Made by a program: the position numbers and the translations under genes. The notes under the pieces are model-generated. The model did not search any database and had not been told where the DNA came from. It worked only from the letters and a program-made list of their open reading frames with translations. From assembly GCA_030603385.1 (NCBI GenBank), contig JAUVXW010000030.1, positions 1-57,970 of the forward strand: a stretch of 57,970 nucleotides of DNA, given 5' to 3'. Source of the stretch: Promethearchaeota archaeon. GTDB lineage: Archaea > Asgardarchaeota > Lokiarchaeia > Sigyniarchaeales > SOKP01. Every line of letters starts with the position of its first letter. Within the stretch, counting starts at the first letter, position 1. Shown in pieces: positions 41,726-50,882 of this stretch.

Positions 41726-42512
41726 ATGTTTCAGCAAGCAGGACGCGGGTATGATATGGCTATTACGCAATTCTCACCCGAGGGACGGCTTTTTCAAGTT
41801 GAGTATGCTATTGAAGCCGTTCGAAGAGGAACAACCGCAATAGTGTGTCGGAATAAAAGCTCTGTTGTGTTTGCGGTTGAGAAAAAGAGCTCTGAGCTTC
41901 AAGAACAAAGCATGGGTTCGGAAAAAATATTTAAAATTGACGACCACATTGGCGTAGCTATTGCAGGATTGACCGCGGACGCTAGAGTACTAATCTTAAG
42001 TCCCACAGGCGACTGAGAGTACTAATCGATCGCGCCCGCGTTCAAGCTCAAGTTAATTTATTGAATTATGATGAGAAAATCTCTGTGAAGGACAGCACGA
42101 TAAATATTTGCGAGTATAAGCAAGTATTCACTCAAAACTAGGCGGAGCTTATCCGTTAGTGAGCCATGCCGGTGTGCGACCTTTTGGAGTTTCTTTTCTG
42201 ATTGCTGGAATTGATGCAAATGGACCCTCCTTATATCTCACTGATCCGAGTGGAGCTTTTTGGAATTATTTCGCCTTCGCTATCGGATCGGGTTCGACTG
42301 AAGCAAGGGCTTACCTTGAAGAACATTATAATAAAGATATGAGTGATGAGGAATTAAAATTATTACCCTTAAGAGCTCTCAAGGAATTGATGGATGATAA
42401 TTTAGATAAAAATACATGTGATGTAGCTTTTATATTGAAAGAGGATAAAACGTTTAAACTTCTAAGTTTAGATGAAGTGGAAGAATTACTAAGTAAATTA
42501 TCAGATTCCTAA
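41726..42512 (+). CDS. psmA: Proteasome subunit alpha with two BHB introns (join 41726..41992, 42025..42136, 42166..42512; 241 aa)
   Basis: [20 protein letters not shown]; spliced [10 protein letters not shown]|IDRARVQAQ...KQVFTQ|[10 protein letters not shown]; TDPSG, AIGSG. Located upstream of sdo1-rrp4. Confidence 0.93.
41984..42027 (+). repeat. 12-bp direct repeat AGAGTACTAATC (41984..41995 and 42016..42027)
   Basis: Exact repeat spanning both splice junctions of psmA intron 1. Confidence 0.95.
41993..42024 (+). other. Putative BHB intron 1 in psmA mRNA (32 nt)
   Basis: Central helix GTAC/GTAC, bulges TAA and TAA, inner stem TCTT(A)AGTC/GACTGAGA. Confidence 0.87.
42137..42165 (+). other. 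Putative BHB intron 2 in psmA mRNA (29 nt)
   Basis: Central helix CTCA/TGAG, bulges AAA and CCA, inner stem CTAG(G)CGGA/TCCGTTAG. Confidence 0.87.
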
Positions 42513-42630
42513 AATCTTGTATAAGATATCAAGGTTCCAGCTTATTATATTTATCAATTAATACAGAGACAAAATATAGGAAAAGATAGAAATCAAGGAA
42601 AATCATGTTACACAGTTGTGAAATTATACT

Positions 42631-43434
42631 ATGATCGATCGACCGACTGACCGAGGAAGAATTGATTTAGGCGGATTTATTGTTGGGAAAATTGAGAAAT
42701 CTGGAAGACGTTTCGAAATGTTAATGGATCCAGAGAAAGCCTGGGAAGCAAAGAAATTAATTCGAGAAGAAATCGACAAACGTTTAAAATCAGGAGCAGA
42801 AAAATCCCGACTTACTATTGATGATATCCTGGATAATAATAAGATAGATCTAGAACTAATTTTTGAGAGTTTTACCGTATTTGAAGATTTAAGAAGAGGT
42901 AAAAAGGCAACAGATGGTGATATGGAAGCCGTTTTTGATACAAGCGAGGGCATGAGAATAGCAGGACATATTCTAATTGAGGGAGAAATACACTGGACGA
43001 AAACTCAGAGAGAAGAGGAGAAAAGTAAAAAATTGAAACAAATTATAACGATTATTAGTAAAAATGCTATTAATCCTCAGAATAAGAAACCTCATCCATA
43101 TCAAAGAATAGAGAAAGCAATTGAAGAAGCAAAAGTAAAAATTGATTTAATGAGGGGCGCTGAAGAACAAGTTGACGATGTAGTTAAAAGCATTCGAGCT
43201 ATCATTCCTATTCGCATGGAACAAGTAGAGATAGCAATAAAAATTCCTTCAGCTTTTACAGCCAAGGGATATAATATTGTAGCTCAACTAGCACAAATTA
43301 AAAAAGAGGAATGGCAATCTGATGGGTCTTGGGTTTCTGTTGTTAGCTTACCAGCAGGTTTGCAAATGGAATTGATAGATAAGTTAAACAAACTAACCCA
43401 TGGGAGAGTTCAAACAAAACCTTTAAAATCCTGA
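42631..43434 (+). CDS. sdo1: Ribosome maturation factor SBDS/Sdo1
   Basis: GRRFE, INPQNKKPHPYQRIEKAIEEA, EEWQSDGSW; superoperon position. Confidence 0.92.
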   Translation: MIDRPTDRGRIDLGGFIVGKIEKSGRRFEMLMDPEKAWEAKKLIREEIDKRLKSGAEKSRLTIDDILDNNKIDLELIFESFTVFEDLRRGKKATDGDMEAVFDTSEGMRIAGHILIEGEIHWTKTQREEEKSKKLKQIITIISKNAINPQNKKPHPYQRIEKAIEEAKVKIDLMRGAEEQVDDVVKSIRAIIPIRMEQVEIAIKIPSAFTAKGYNIVAQLAQIKKEEWQSDGSWVSVVSLPAGLQMELIDKLNKLTHGRVQTKPLKS

Positions 43435-43516
43435 CCAAGAAGTTTTTAATTAATTCTCGTTTATGTTATTTTTTTTTGCAATGGTTAGGTTATAATTGAA
43501 AAGTTAAAAAAAGAGT

Positions 43517-44350
43517 GTGATTATTTTGGAGAATGAAACAGATAAAGAAGTTATAGAAGAGACTCAAGAAAACGATGAAAAAGAAGGTGAAGATTTCGAA
43601 GATTTCGAAGATGAGGAAGATTCGAGAGATATCGTTGTACCTGGAGAGGTATTAACTGAAGACACTAAGAATTTTTTACCTGGTAGAGGTACAATTTATA
43701 ATAGTGAAAGAACTAAGATAATTTCTTTAAATATTGGGTTAAAACAAATAAGAAAAAATTATATAAATGTGATTCCCCTTAGAGGATTTTATACACCTAG
43801 ACCTGGAGATAAAATTATCGCTCTTGTTGTTGATAAAAATCCTGTGAAATATAAATGTGATATTAATGCAAAAGATTTTGGCACGCTTAAGCCAAAAAAC
43901 ACTATAAAGAGAGGTAAGATGAGATCATTCAGGGGCAGTGGTGGTAGTGGTTATCCTCAAGATGAAGCAAATATTGAAAGATTTGAAATAGGAGATATCT
44001 TGATTGTAAAAATTTTATCTGCTGATCGTTTAAACAAGCCTGAATTAACTACTGTTGGCAAATATTTGGGCAAGAAAAACAATGGATTTGTAATTTCAAT
44101 AGATCCACCAAAAATTCCCCGAGTTATAGGTCGCAATGGTTCAATGATTAAAATGCTAAAAAACTTGACAAAAACCAATATTTTTGTCACTCAAAATGGG
44201 CGCATATGGTTAAAAGGTGAAGATATTGCTCATGAAAGATTATTAGTAGAATCAATACAGAAAATTGCGGCAGAAGCACACACAGTAGGTTTAACTGACC
44301 GAATGCAGGAATTTATTATAAATGAGAAAAAAATAAGAGGTATAGAATAA
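43517..44350 (+). CDS. rrp4: Exosome RNA-binding subunit Rrp4
   Basis: IVVPGE, YTPRPGD, KH motif PRVIGRNGSMI, QNGRIW, AHTVGLTDR. Confidence 0.93.
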   Translation: MIILENETDKEVIEETQENDEKEGEDFEDFEDEEDSRDIVVPGEVLTEDTKNFLPGRGTIYNSERTKIISLNIGLKQIRKNYINVIPLRGFYTPRPGDKIIALVVDKNPVKYKCDINAKDFGTLKPKNTIKRGKMRSFRGSGGSGYPQDEANIERFEIGDILIVKILSADRLNKPELTTVGKYLGKKNNGFVISIDPPKIPRVIGRNGSMIKMLKNLTKTNIFVTQNGRIWLKGEDIAHERLLVESIQKIAAEAHTVGLTDRMQEFIINEKKIRGIE

Positions 44351-45106
44351 ATGCCGTTGATTATTAAGGATGAATATCCCGAGAAGTTATTCCGTGAAGA
44401 TGGAAAAAGACTTGATGGTAGAGAATTAAATGAATTAAGACCTATTAAGATGGAAGTAGATGTCATCAAAAGCGCAGATGGCTCTGCATATCTGGAATGG
44501 GGAAATAATAAAGTTTTTGCTGCTGTTTATGGACCAAGAGAAGTTCACCCACATCATTTAGCTAAACCAGATAAAGGAATTTTAAGAGTCTTTTATAGGA
44601 TGGCGACATATTCAGTTTTTGACAGAAAAAGACCTGCACCTGGACGCAGAGAAAAAGAAATTTCTATGATTGTATCAGATTGTTTAGAACCAATCCTCTT
44701 TCTTGAATTATACCCAGGTACGAGCTTTGAAGTCTTTATTGAAGTTGTGGATGCAGATGGGGGCACTAGATGCGCCAGTATTACAGCAGCAGCATTAGCT
44801 TTAGCAGATGCAGGAATACCAATGAAAAGTTTAGTTTCAGCTGTAGCAGTAGGTAAAATAGACGGTAAACAAGTTGTAGATCTTTCTGGAATTGAAGATA
44901 AAGCAGGAGACGCTGATTTACCGATTGCTATAACATGGTATAATGAAGAAATTTCATTACTGCAATTTGATGGAAATATGGATTTAGATGAGATGACAAA
45001 ATTCTTAGATCTAGCAAAAGATGCTTTAAGTAAAATACATCAAATGCAATTAGATTCTTTAAAGAGTAAATACATAACCTTAAAAGAAGGAGAGGGTGAA
45101 AAGTAA
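44351..45106 (+). CDS. rrp41: Exosome catalytic subunit Rrp41
   Basis: RLDGR..ELRP, ADGSAY, VYGPRE, DADGGTRCA. Confidence 0.95.
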   Translation: MPLIIKDEYPEKLFREDGKRLDGRELNELRPIKMEVDVIKSADGSAYLEWGNNKVFAAVYGPREVHPHHLAKPDKGILRVFYRMATYSVFDRKRPAPGRREKEISMIVSDCLEPILFLELYPGTSFEVFIEVVDADGGTRCASITAAALALADAGIPMKSLVSAVAVGKIDGKQVVDLSGIEDKAGDADLPIAITWYNEEISLLQFDGNMDLDEMTKFLDLAKDALSKIHQMQLDSLKSKYITLKEGEGEK

Positions 45107-45108
45107 AG

Positions 45109-45936
45109 ATGATGAATGTTAAACGAATAGTTTCACGCATAGAAAAAAATTATATTTTATCAAATTTAAGAAAAGAAGAGCGTATTGATGGCAGAGGGTT
45201 ATGGGAGTATCGCAAATTTAGAATTGAAAGCGACACAATTGCCTCAGCTGAAGGTTCTGCCGATGTTACATTAGGAGACACGAGGATTATTACTGGTTTA
45301 AAATATGACATTGGTCAACCATTTCCTGATCTTCCAAATGAGGGTGTTTGTACTGTTATGGCAGAGTTACTTCCATTAGCATCTCCTTTATTTGAAAGAG
45401 GCCCTCCAGATGAACAATCTATAGAACTAGCTAGAGTTGTAGATCGAGGTATCCGACATGCTGATTGCATTCAAACACAAAAACTTTGCATTAAAGAAAA
45501 AGAAGCTGTATATATCTTATTTCTTGATATGTATGTCATAAACCATGATGGTAATTTAATTGATACTGGAGGAGTAAGTGCTATAACTACGTTACTTTCA
45601 GCACATCTTCCCGAGGGCATAATTGGAGATAATGGTCTTGAATGGACCGGAAAATATTTAACAGGAGACGATTTAGTAAATGAACTACCATTAGTTTTGA
45701 CTTATGGAAAGATTGATGATATTATCTTTTTAGATCCTAATTTACCTGAAGAATTAGTTTGCGAGGGGAAAATCTCAATATCAGTAACTGAGAAAAAAAT
45801 AACCTCTATTCAAAAAAGTGGGGCTACTACATTTTCAATTGATGATATTAAGATGTTAGGAAAAAAAACGCTAGAAATTAGTCAGAAACTAAGAAAAGAA
45901 TTAAATCTATTACAATATAAGACTTCCATTAAATAA
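45109..45936 (+). CDS. rrp42: Exosome subunit Rrp42
   Basis: RIDGR, AEGSA, FERGPPDE, ELARVVDRGIR, DGNLID. Confidence 0.95.
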   Translation: MMNVKRIVSRIEKNYILSNLRKEERIDGRGLWEYRKFRIESDTIASAEGSADVTLGDTRIITGLKYDIGQPFPDLPNEGVCTVMAELLPLASPLFERGPPDEQSIELARVVDRGIRHADCIQTQKLCIKEKEAVYILFLDMYVINHDGNLIDTGGVSAITTLLSAHLPEGIIGDNGLEWTGKYLTGDDLVNELPLVLTYGKIDDIIFLDPNLPEELVCEGKISISVTEKKITSIQKSGATTFSIDDIKMLGKKTLEISQKLRKELNLLQYKTSIK

Positions 45937-45998
45937 TTTTTTTTATTAATAATTTTATTATTATTTTTTACTAATTTTTTTATTATTTAGAAATCGTT

Positions 45999-46979
45999 TT
46001 ATTTTTTATCTAATTTCACTTTTCTTAAAGTTTCAAACGTTCCGTAACCACCTTTTATTCCATCCAGTTCAAAATTGCCTATTGATTGAACAAGTATAGA
46101 TTGGTTACCCTCACTATCTAAAAAGGGAACTGGTATTATTGGTCCAACATTAGCTTTCAACTGATGGTTTTCACCTAAAGCATCTACAATTTCAAGCTCT
46201 GAACTTACAGGAAGGATTCCATCTTCTCGAAACTTCTGATCAACGATATTAATTGTTTTCAATGGTATATTCACCCCATTTTTAAACAAAAATCCTCCTG
46301 TGGATAAACGGCCATCATCTGTAACTATTGCTGCTGGATTTATTCCTAAATTCTTATTGAACCACACTACATAATATAACCAATTACCTACTCCCGTCCA
46401 ATCTCTCACACCATAAGTATGGTCTCTTTGCCCAATAGTATTTTTTATAGGGAAATTTGTATTATTAATCTGAATATTTCCAGACAAATTAGCTATTTGT
46501 TCCCAGTGTTTATCTCCTGCTTTTTTGCCTATTTCTAATGATTCTGGAGTCATATTTTCACTATATTCATAAACTTTATTAATAGGATCGAAGTTAATAT
46601 CGATTTTTACTTTTAGAGTATTTGCAATTAATGTAGGGTTTTCACGGACTTTAGGTAAATCTTCAGAATTTTCTACAACAATCATGTTTCCTTGAAATCT
46701 GTAGTTCCATTGTGAGCTATTTTTACATTTATGAATAACACCACCAACTTGAAGGGAATTTGTATAGTCCTCAACTTTTTGAACTAAATTATATCCCGCT
46801 GCTGATGAGCCATTAGGTAAAAATAAAAAGTAAAAAGTCATTCCTTCTTGCTTATTGGGCTTAAATCCTAATCGTGTCATTCCTCCTAAACTATGTTCTT
46901 TACTATAAAAGACGAAATAGTAAGATTCATTCCATTCTGGATGGTCGGTACATTGATCAGAATGAGTTAAGGGTTCCAA
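45999..46979 (-). CDS. Hypothetical beta-rich protein (tocopherol-cyclase/CrtC-like fold possible)
   Basis: WNESYYF, HWEQ, GQRDHTYGVRDW motifs. Confidence 0.7.
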   Translation of the reverse strand: MEPLTHSDQCTDHPEWNESYYFVFYSKEHSLGGMTRLGFKPNKQEGMTFYFLFLPNGSSAAGYNLVQKVEDYTNSLQVGGVIHKCKNSSQWNYRFQGNMIVVENSEDLPKVRENPTLIANTLKVKIDINFDPINKVYEYSENMTPESLEIGKKAGDKHWEQIANLSGNIQINNTNFPIKNTIGQRDHTYGVRDWTGVGNWLYYVVWFNKNLGINPAAIVTDDGRLSTGGFLFKNGVNIPLKTINIVDQKFREDGILPVSSELEIVDALGENHQLKANVGPIIPVPFLDSEGNQSILVQSIGNFELDGIKGGYGTFETLRKVKLDKK

Positions 46980-46984
46980 TTTTT

Positions 46985-49717
46985 TTAGTCTCTCTCTTTT
47001 AAGTTTTGAGGTATAACTGTTCCATTATAACCATTTATTTTTACTATTTGACCCGTTTTAAAAATTTTGCTTGCATTTGTAATATTTGTTACTGCTGGGA
47101 TACCATATTCTCGTGAGACTACGGCTCCATGAGAAAGAATTCCACCAGTTTCTGTTATTAATCCACCGATTTTTGAAAAAACAGGAGTCCAACCAGGATC
47201 TGTTTGAGGTACAACTAGAATCTCTCCACTTCGTACAGTAGAAATGAGATTAATATCATGAAGGATGCGTATAGGTGCAGTAGTAATCCCCTGACTTGCG
47301 GGAAGACCATTAAAAATCGGGCTTTTCTCGTTATATTTTAACTCATCATCAAATTCTCGTGAACCCAAAAGGAACTTAGGAGGTATTTTGTTTTCATATA
47401 TTTTAAAATCTTCATAACGTTTAATTACTTCAGATGATATTTGTTGAATTTCCTGACTAGTATATTTGTCCAATGCCAATTTTTTAATTTCATGTTTACG
47501 GAGGAAAAAGATTTTATTCTCATCTGGTATTATTCCTCTTTTTGTAAAATTTTTCCCAATTTTTAAATAGGCATTTCTATTCATTGTAATCCATTTATCA
47601 AGGTTAAAGCGCTGATTCTCCCGAAATGATATGTATTTCTTACTATTTTTTAATATTGCGGAAAATATTTTCCATTTTAATATCCCAAATCGTTGGGATC
47701 TTATCTTTTTCTCTACAATCAAAGCAGTTCGCTTTCTTTTCTTAAAATTTATAGCTTTTATCGTATCCAGTTCTTCCCATTTATCTATAACTAACGATTT
47801 TAGGATATCAAAAACATTGTTCATTGGTGGTTCTTTCCACCGAGGGTAATATATTTCTCTGGTAAAGCCACGTACCCCATGTTCATTTAAAAATATTTCA
47901 AATTCACTTAAGAAATTTTGAAAAGATGGATCATTTTTTGTTGATAAAGTGTTATAAATCTCTGATGAATCTTGATTAGTGAATAATGATTTCAATGCCT
48001 GAGATTTATTAATGAGAGAAGCTAAATTATGGATTTTATCATTAGTTTCTGTTAATTTGTTTTTGAGCCCTGATATCAAAAATGGATATAGTTGATAACA
48101 TTCCTCCTTACTAATAAATCGAGTAAGAAGATATTGGACTAATAAATTCATCCCTATGTTATGGACAGGAATCCCATATCGAACAAGTCGAAAATGAGCA
48201 ATCATAATTCTATCTAAATCTTCAACTAAGCTAATAAGATCCTTTAGTTCGCCAATTTCTTGTAATTGATTTTCAAATTTTTTACAATAAGGAATAAATG
48301 ATTCTTGATTCCAATTTTCATACGCTTCAGCAGTTTTAGATATTGATCCGTTAGGATCATAGGAGCTTATCCTGAGCTCTGCAACTATTCGACTAATAAT
48401 ATGAAATGGAAGATTCTTTGTCGTAATTTTTCCATAAGGACCCGAACCTTCTGGAAAATAATTTAAAACATCTTCGTTACGAATAAATTTGGGTATTTCA
48501 TTCTCTACTTTTCTTTTTATCACATTGAGATTGAAATAAACATGGGCATTATATAATTTTAATAATTCAGTATCCATTCGCTTATAGCCCATTATATCGT
48601 TTAATTCTATATTAACTACTTTTGTTATATGATCTCCTAAAAGTTCAAAATAGAGCGGTGTGACATTATCATTCCAATAGTCATCTGAATATCCTCTGCT
48701 CCATAATATTTTAGGTGGAATAGGATCTGCCTTTATTGCTGTAACGGGTCGAGTTTGCAGAATATTAATTCGATTATCTTGATCTATAGCCCATTCAATG
48801 TCTTGAGGAATTCTATTAAACTTTTTTTCTATCTGAAGTCCTATTTTAGCAAGTTTTATAATATCACTATCAGAAAGAGACGGTTGTTGGGCTAAATCTT
48901 CGGATAATTCTATATACTCAATACCTCCATCAGATCCTTTAGATATTGGATGTGCTGCTAATCTTTTTCTACCTATTCGTCTATTAAGAATGTTAAGTGA
49001 TCCTCTCTTTAGTTTTCGAATAAAGAATTGATCTGGGCTAGCTTTTCCTTATACAATTGATTCTCCCAATCCAAAATTTGACTCAATTAATAATTCGTCA
49101 TTCTTATAAGTTATTGGATTTAAGGTAAATAAAACACCAGCAGACTTCGCAGATATCATCTTTTGCACAATAACAGCAATTTTAACCATCTCATGAGGGA
49201 TTTTGTTTTTATGTCTATATATAATTGCCCGACTTGTCCATAGTGACCCATAACATTTCTTAATATGCTTGAGAATTTGAGAAAAATCCCTCAAATTCAA
49301 ATATGTGTCATATTGTCCAGCAAACGAAGCAGATGGTAGATCTTCAGCGGTGGCTGATGATCGAACAGCAACATTATAAGAGGAAAATTCTTTATATTTC
49401 AATTCTAATTCATTAACTAGTTCTGAGGGAAATTCGCTATTCTTAATTGAGTCATGAATAGTCTTAGAACATTTTTCAATAGTTTCATAATTATTGAACA
49501 CGATTTTTAATAAAGATTCTTGTATTATATCATCAAGATTATTAAAACTCACAAATTCATTATACGCATTAGTTCTAATAACAAAACCTTCAGGAACAGG
49601 GAATTTATATTGAATTAATTTGCTTAAATTAGCTGCTTTATTTCCTACTTCTAAATTATCATAATCCAATTGATTTAAATCCGCAATAAAAGATACTTGA
49701 TTTGACATAAATGACAA
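46985..49717 (-). pseudogene. PEP synthase/rifampicin phosphotransferase-like dikinase with a single in-frame TAA (49049..49051)
   Basis: The two ORFs are one frame: VRSSATAEDLPSASFAGQY...GLGESIV*GKASPD...PQDIEWA...LQTRPVT...TDPGWTP..GGILSHGAVVSREYGIPAV. Confidence 0.85.
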
Positions 49718-49904
49718 TAAAAATTAGGAATTATAATTAATTTAATTGTTATATGATCATTTATTTATAAATTTCCTTTATAATTAGTTTCACTCTGGTC
49801 AAAATAAAAATTACCATGCAAATTTCTATTGTTGTTTAGAAAAATTTATAGTTTACCCTAAGTTTTAATATAACATCAATTATTAAAAACGATTTTGTGA
49901 TAAA

Positions 49905-50186
49905 ATGGGAAAGCGAACGGGAATCACTGGTAAATACGGTGCTCGTTATGGGAGTACTTTACGAAAAAGAACTCGTTTAATTTTAGAAAAAATGAAAGGA
50001 GATATTAAATGCCCTAGGTGTGAAACTAGAGGATCTATACATAGAATATCAACCGGTATTTGGTATTGTAGAAAATGTGATGCTCGATTTACTGGTGGTG
50101 CATATTTCATCGAAACTCCTAGAGGCGCCGAATCCTTTAGAATTTCTAAACGTAAGCAAAGAGAATTAGAAATTGTTGAAGAATAA
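49905..50186 (+). CDS. rpl37ae: 50S ribosomal protein eL43 (L37Ae)
   Basis: GKYGARYG, CPRC, GIWYCRKC..FTGGAY. Confidence 0.95.
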   Translation: MGKRTGITGKYGARYGSTLRKRTRLILEKMKGDIKCPRCETRGSIHRISTGIWYCRKCDARFTGGAYFIETPRGAESFRISKRKQRELEIVEE

Positions 50187-50452
50187 TGAATAAAAATTTT
50201 ACAATTGAATCAATAATAGAATTAAACTTTAATGATTCTCAGATAAGAGATATTTCTTATAACTCGTTTATTCCTGAAATTAAAAAATTACAAACAAATC
50301 GATCTAAAGTATTAGTAGAAAAACAAAATAATTGTAAGTTAGTCTTTAAGGTCGAATCTTGTGATATCACGGCGTTTCGAGCTAGTATGAATGAAATTAT
50401 TAGTTTTGGAAAAGTCATTGATAATACCTTACAAATAGCAGAAATTTCTTAA
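50186..50452 (+). CDS. pcc1: KEOPS complex subunit Pcc1
   Basis: PE....RS, DITAFRASMN; located between rpl37ae and prefoldin. Confidence 0.8.
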   Translation: MNKNFTIESIIELNFNDSQIRDISYNSFIPEIKKLQTNRSKVLVEKQNNCKLVFKVESCDITAFRASMNEIISFGKVIDNTLQIAEIS

Positions 50453-50511
50453 AATAAAGAAATATTACTACAATACTATTATAGAATAAATTTTAGAATA
50501 AGAAAAGAAAA

Positions 50512-50874
50512 ATGTCAATCAATTTAAACAATCTTGATGAAGAACAAAGAAATAAAATCCAAAATCTAGCGAACTTACAACAAACCTATGAAATTATCAA
50601 TACCCAAAAAAATCAAACAGAATCCCATCGTAGAGAAACCGAATTTGCAATAGAAGAATTGGAAAAAGTCGACGCGGACACACCAGTTTTTAAGTCACTT
50701 GGCGGAATAATGTTGAAAAGTGAAAAGAATAAGCTTCTAGATGAGAAAAAAAGTCTAAAAGTAACTCTTGAAATGAGATTAAAAACATTAGACCAAAAAA
50801 AATCAAGATTGGAAAATCAAATTACAACATTGAGTAATTCTATCCAAGCTGATCTTCAAAATAAAAGCGGCTAA
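50512..50874 (+). CDS. pfdB: Prefoldin beta subunit
   Basis: Coiled coil - VFKSLGGIML hairpin - coiled coil, 120 aa. Confidence 0.88.
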   Translation: MSINLNNLDEEQRNKIQNLANLQQTYEIINTQKNQTESHRRETEFAIEELEKVDADTPVFKSLGGIMLKSEKNKLLDEKKSLKVTLEMRLKTLDQKKSRLENQITTLSNSIQADLQNKSG

Positions 50875-50882
50875 ACAACTTC

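Noticed and set aside
41993-42024. psmA intron 1 as a C/D box sRNA (contains CTGA)
   Set aside because: No box C and too short to hold guide sequences.
41726-42512. psmA as a pseudogene or programmed frameshift
   Set aside because: Extra nucleotides must be removed, not just re-framed. Both inserts form BHB motifs and the exons show no other decay.
42740-42860. Extra segment in SBDS as an in-frame intron
   Set aside because: Reads as ordinary helical protein sequence; no BHB pairing found by eye.
43911-43961. BHB-like pairing GAGG/CCTC with TAA and AAG bulges inside a Gly-rich insertion of rrp4
   Set aside because: Excision would remove 44 nt and break an already intact frame; flanking helices are poor.
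49049-49051. In-frame TAA as a possible intron or recoding site
   Set aside because: No extra sequence relative to the conserved motif. TAA is not a Sec or Pyl codon and is a normal stop in this window.
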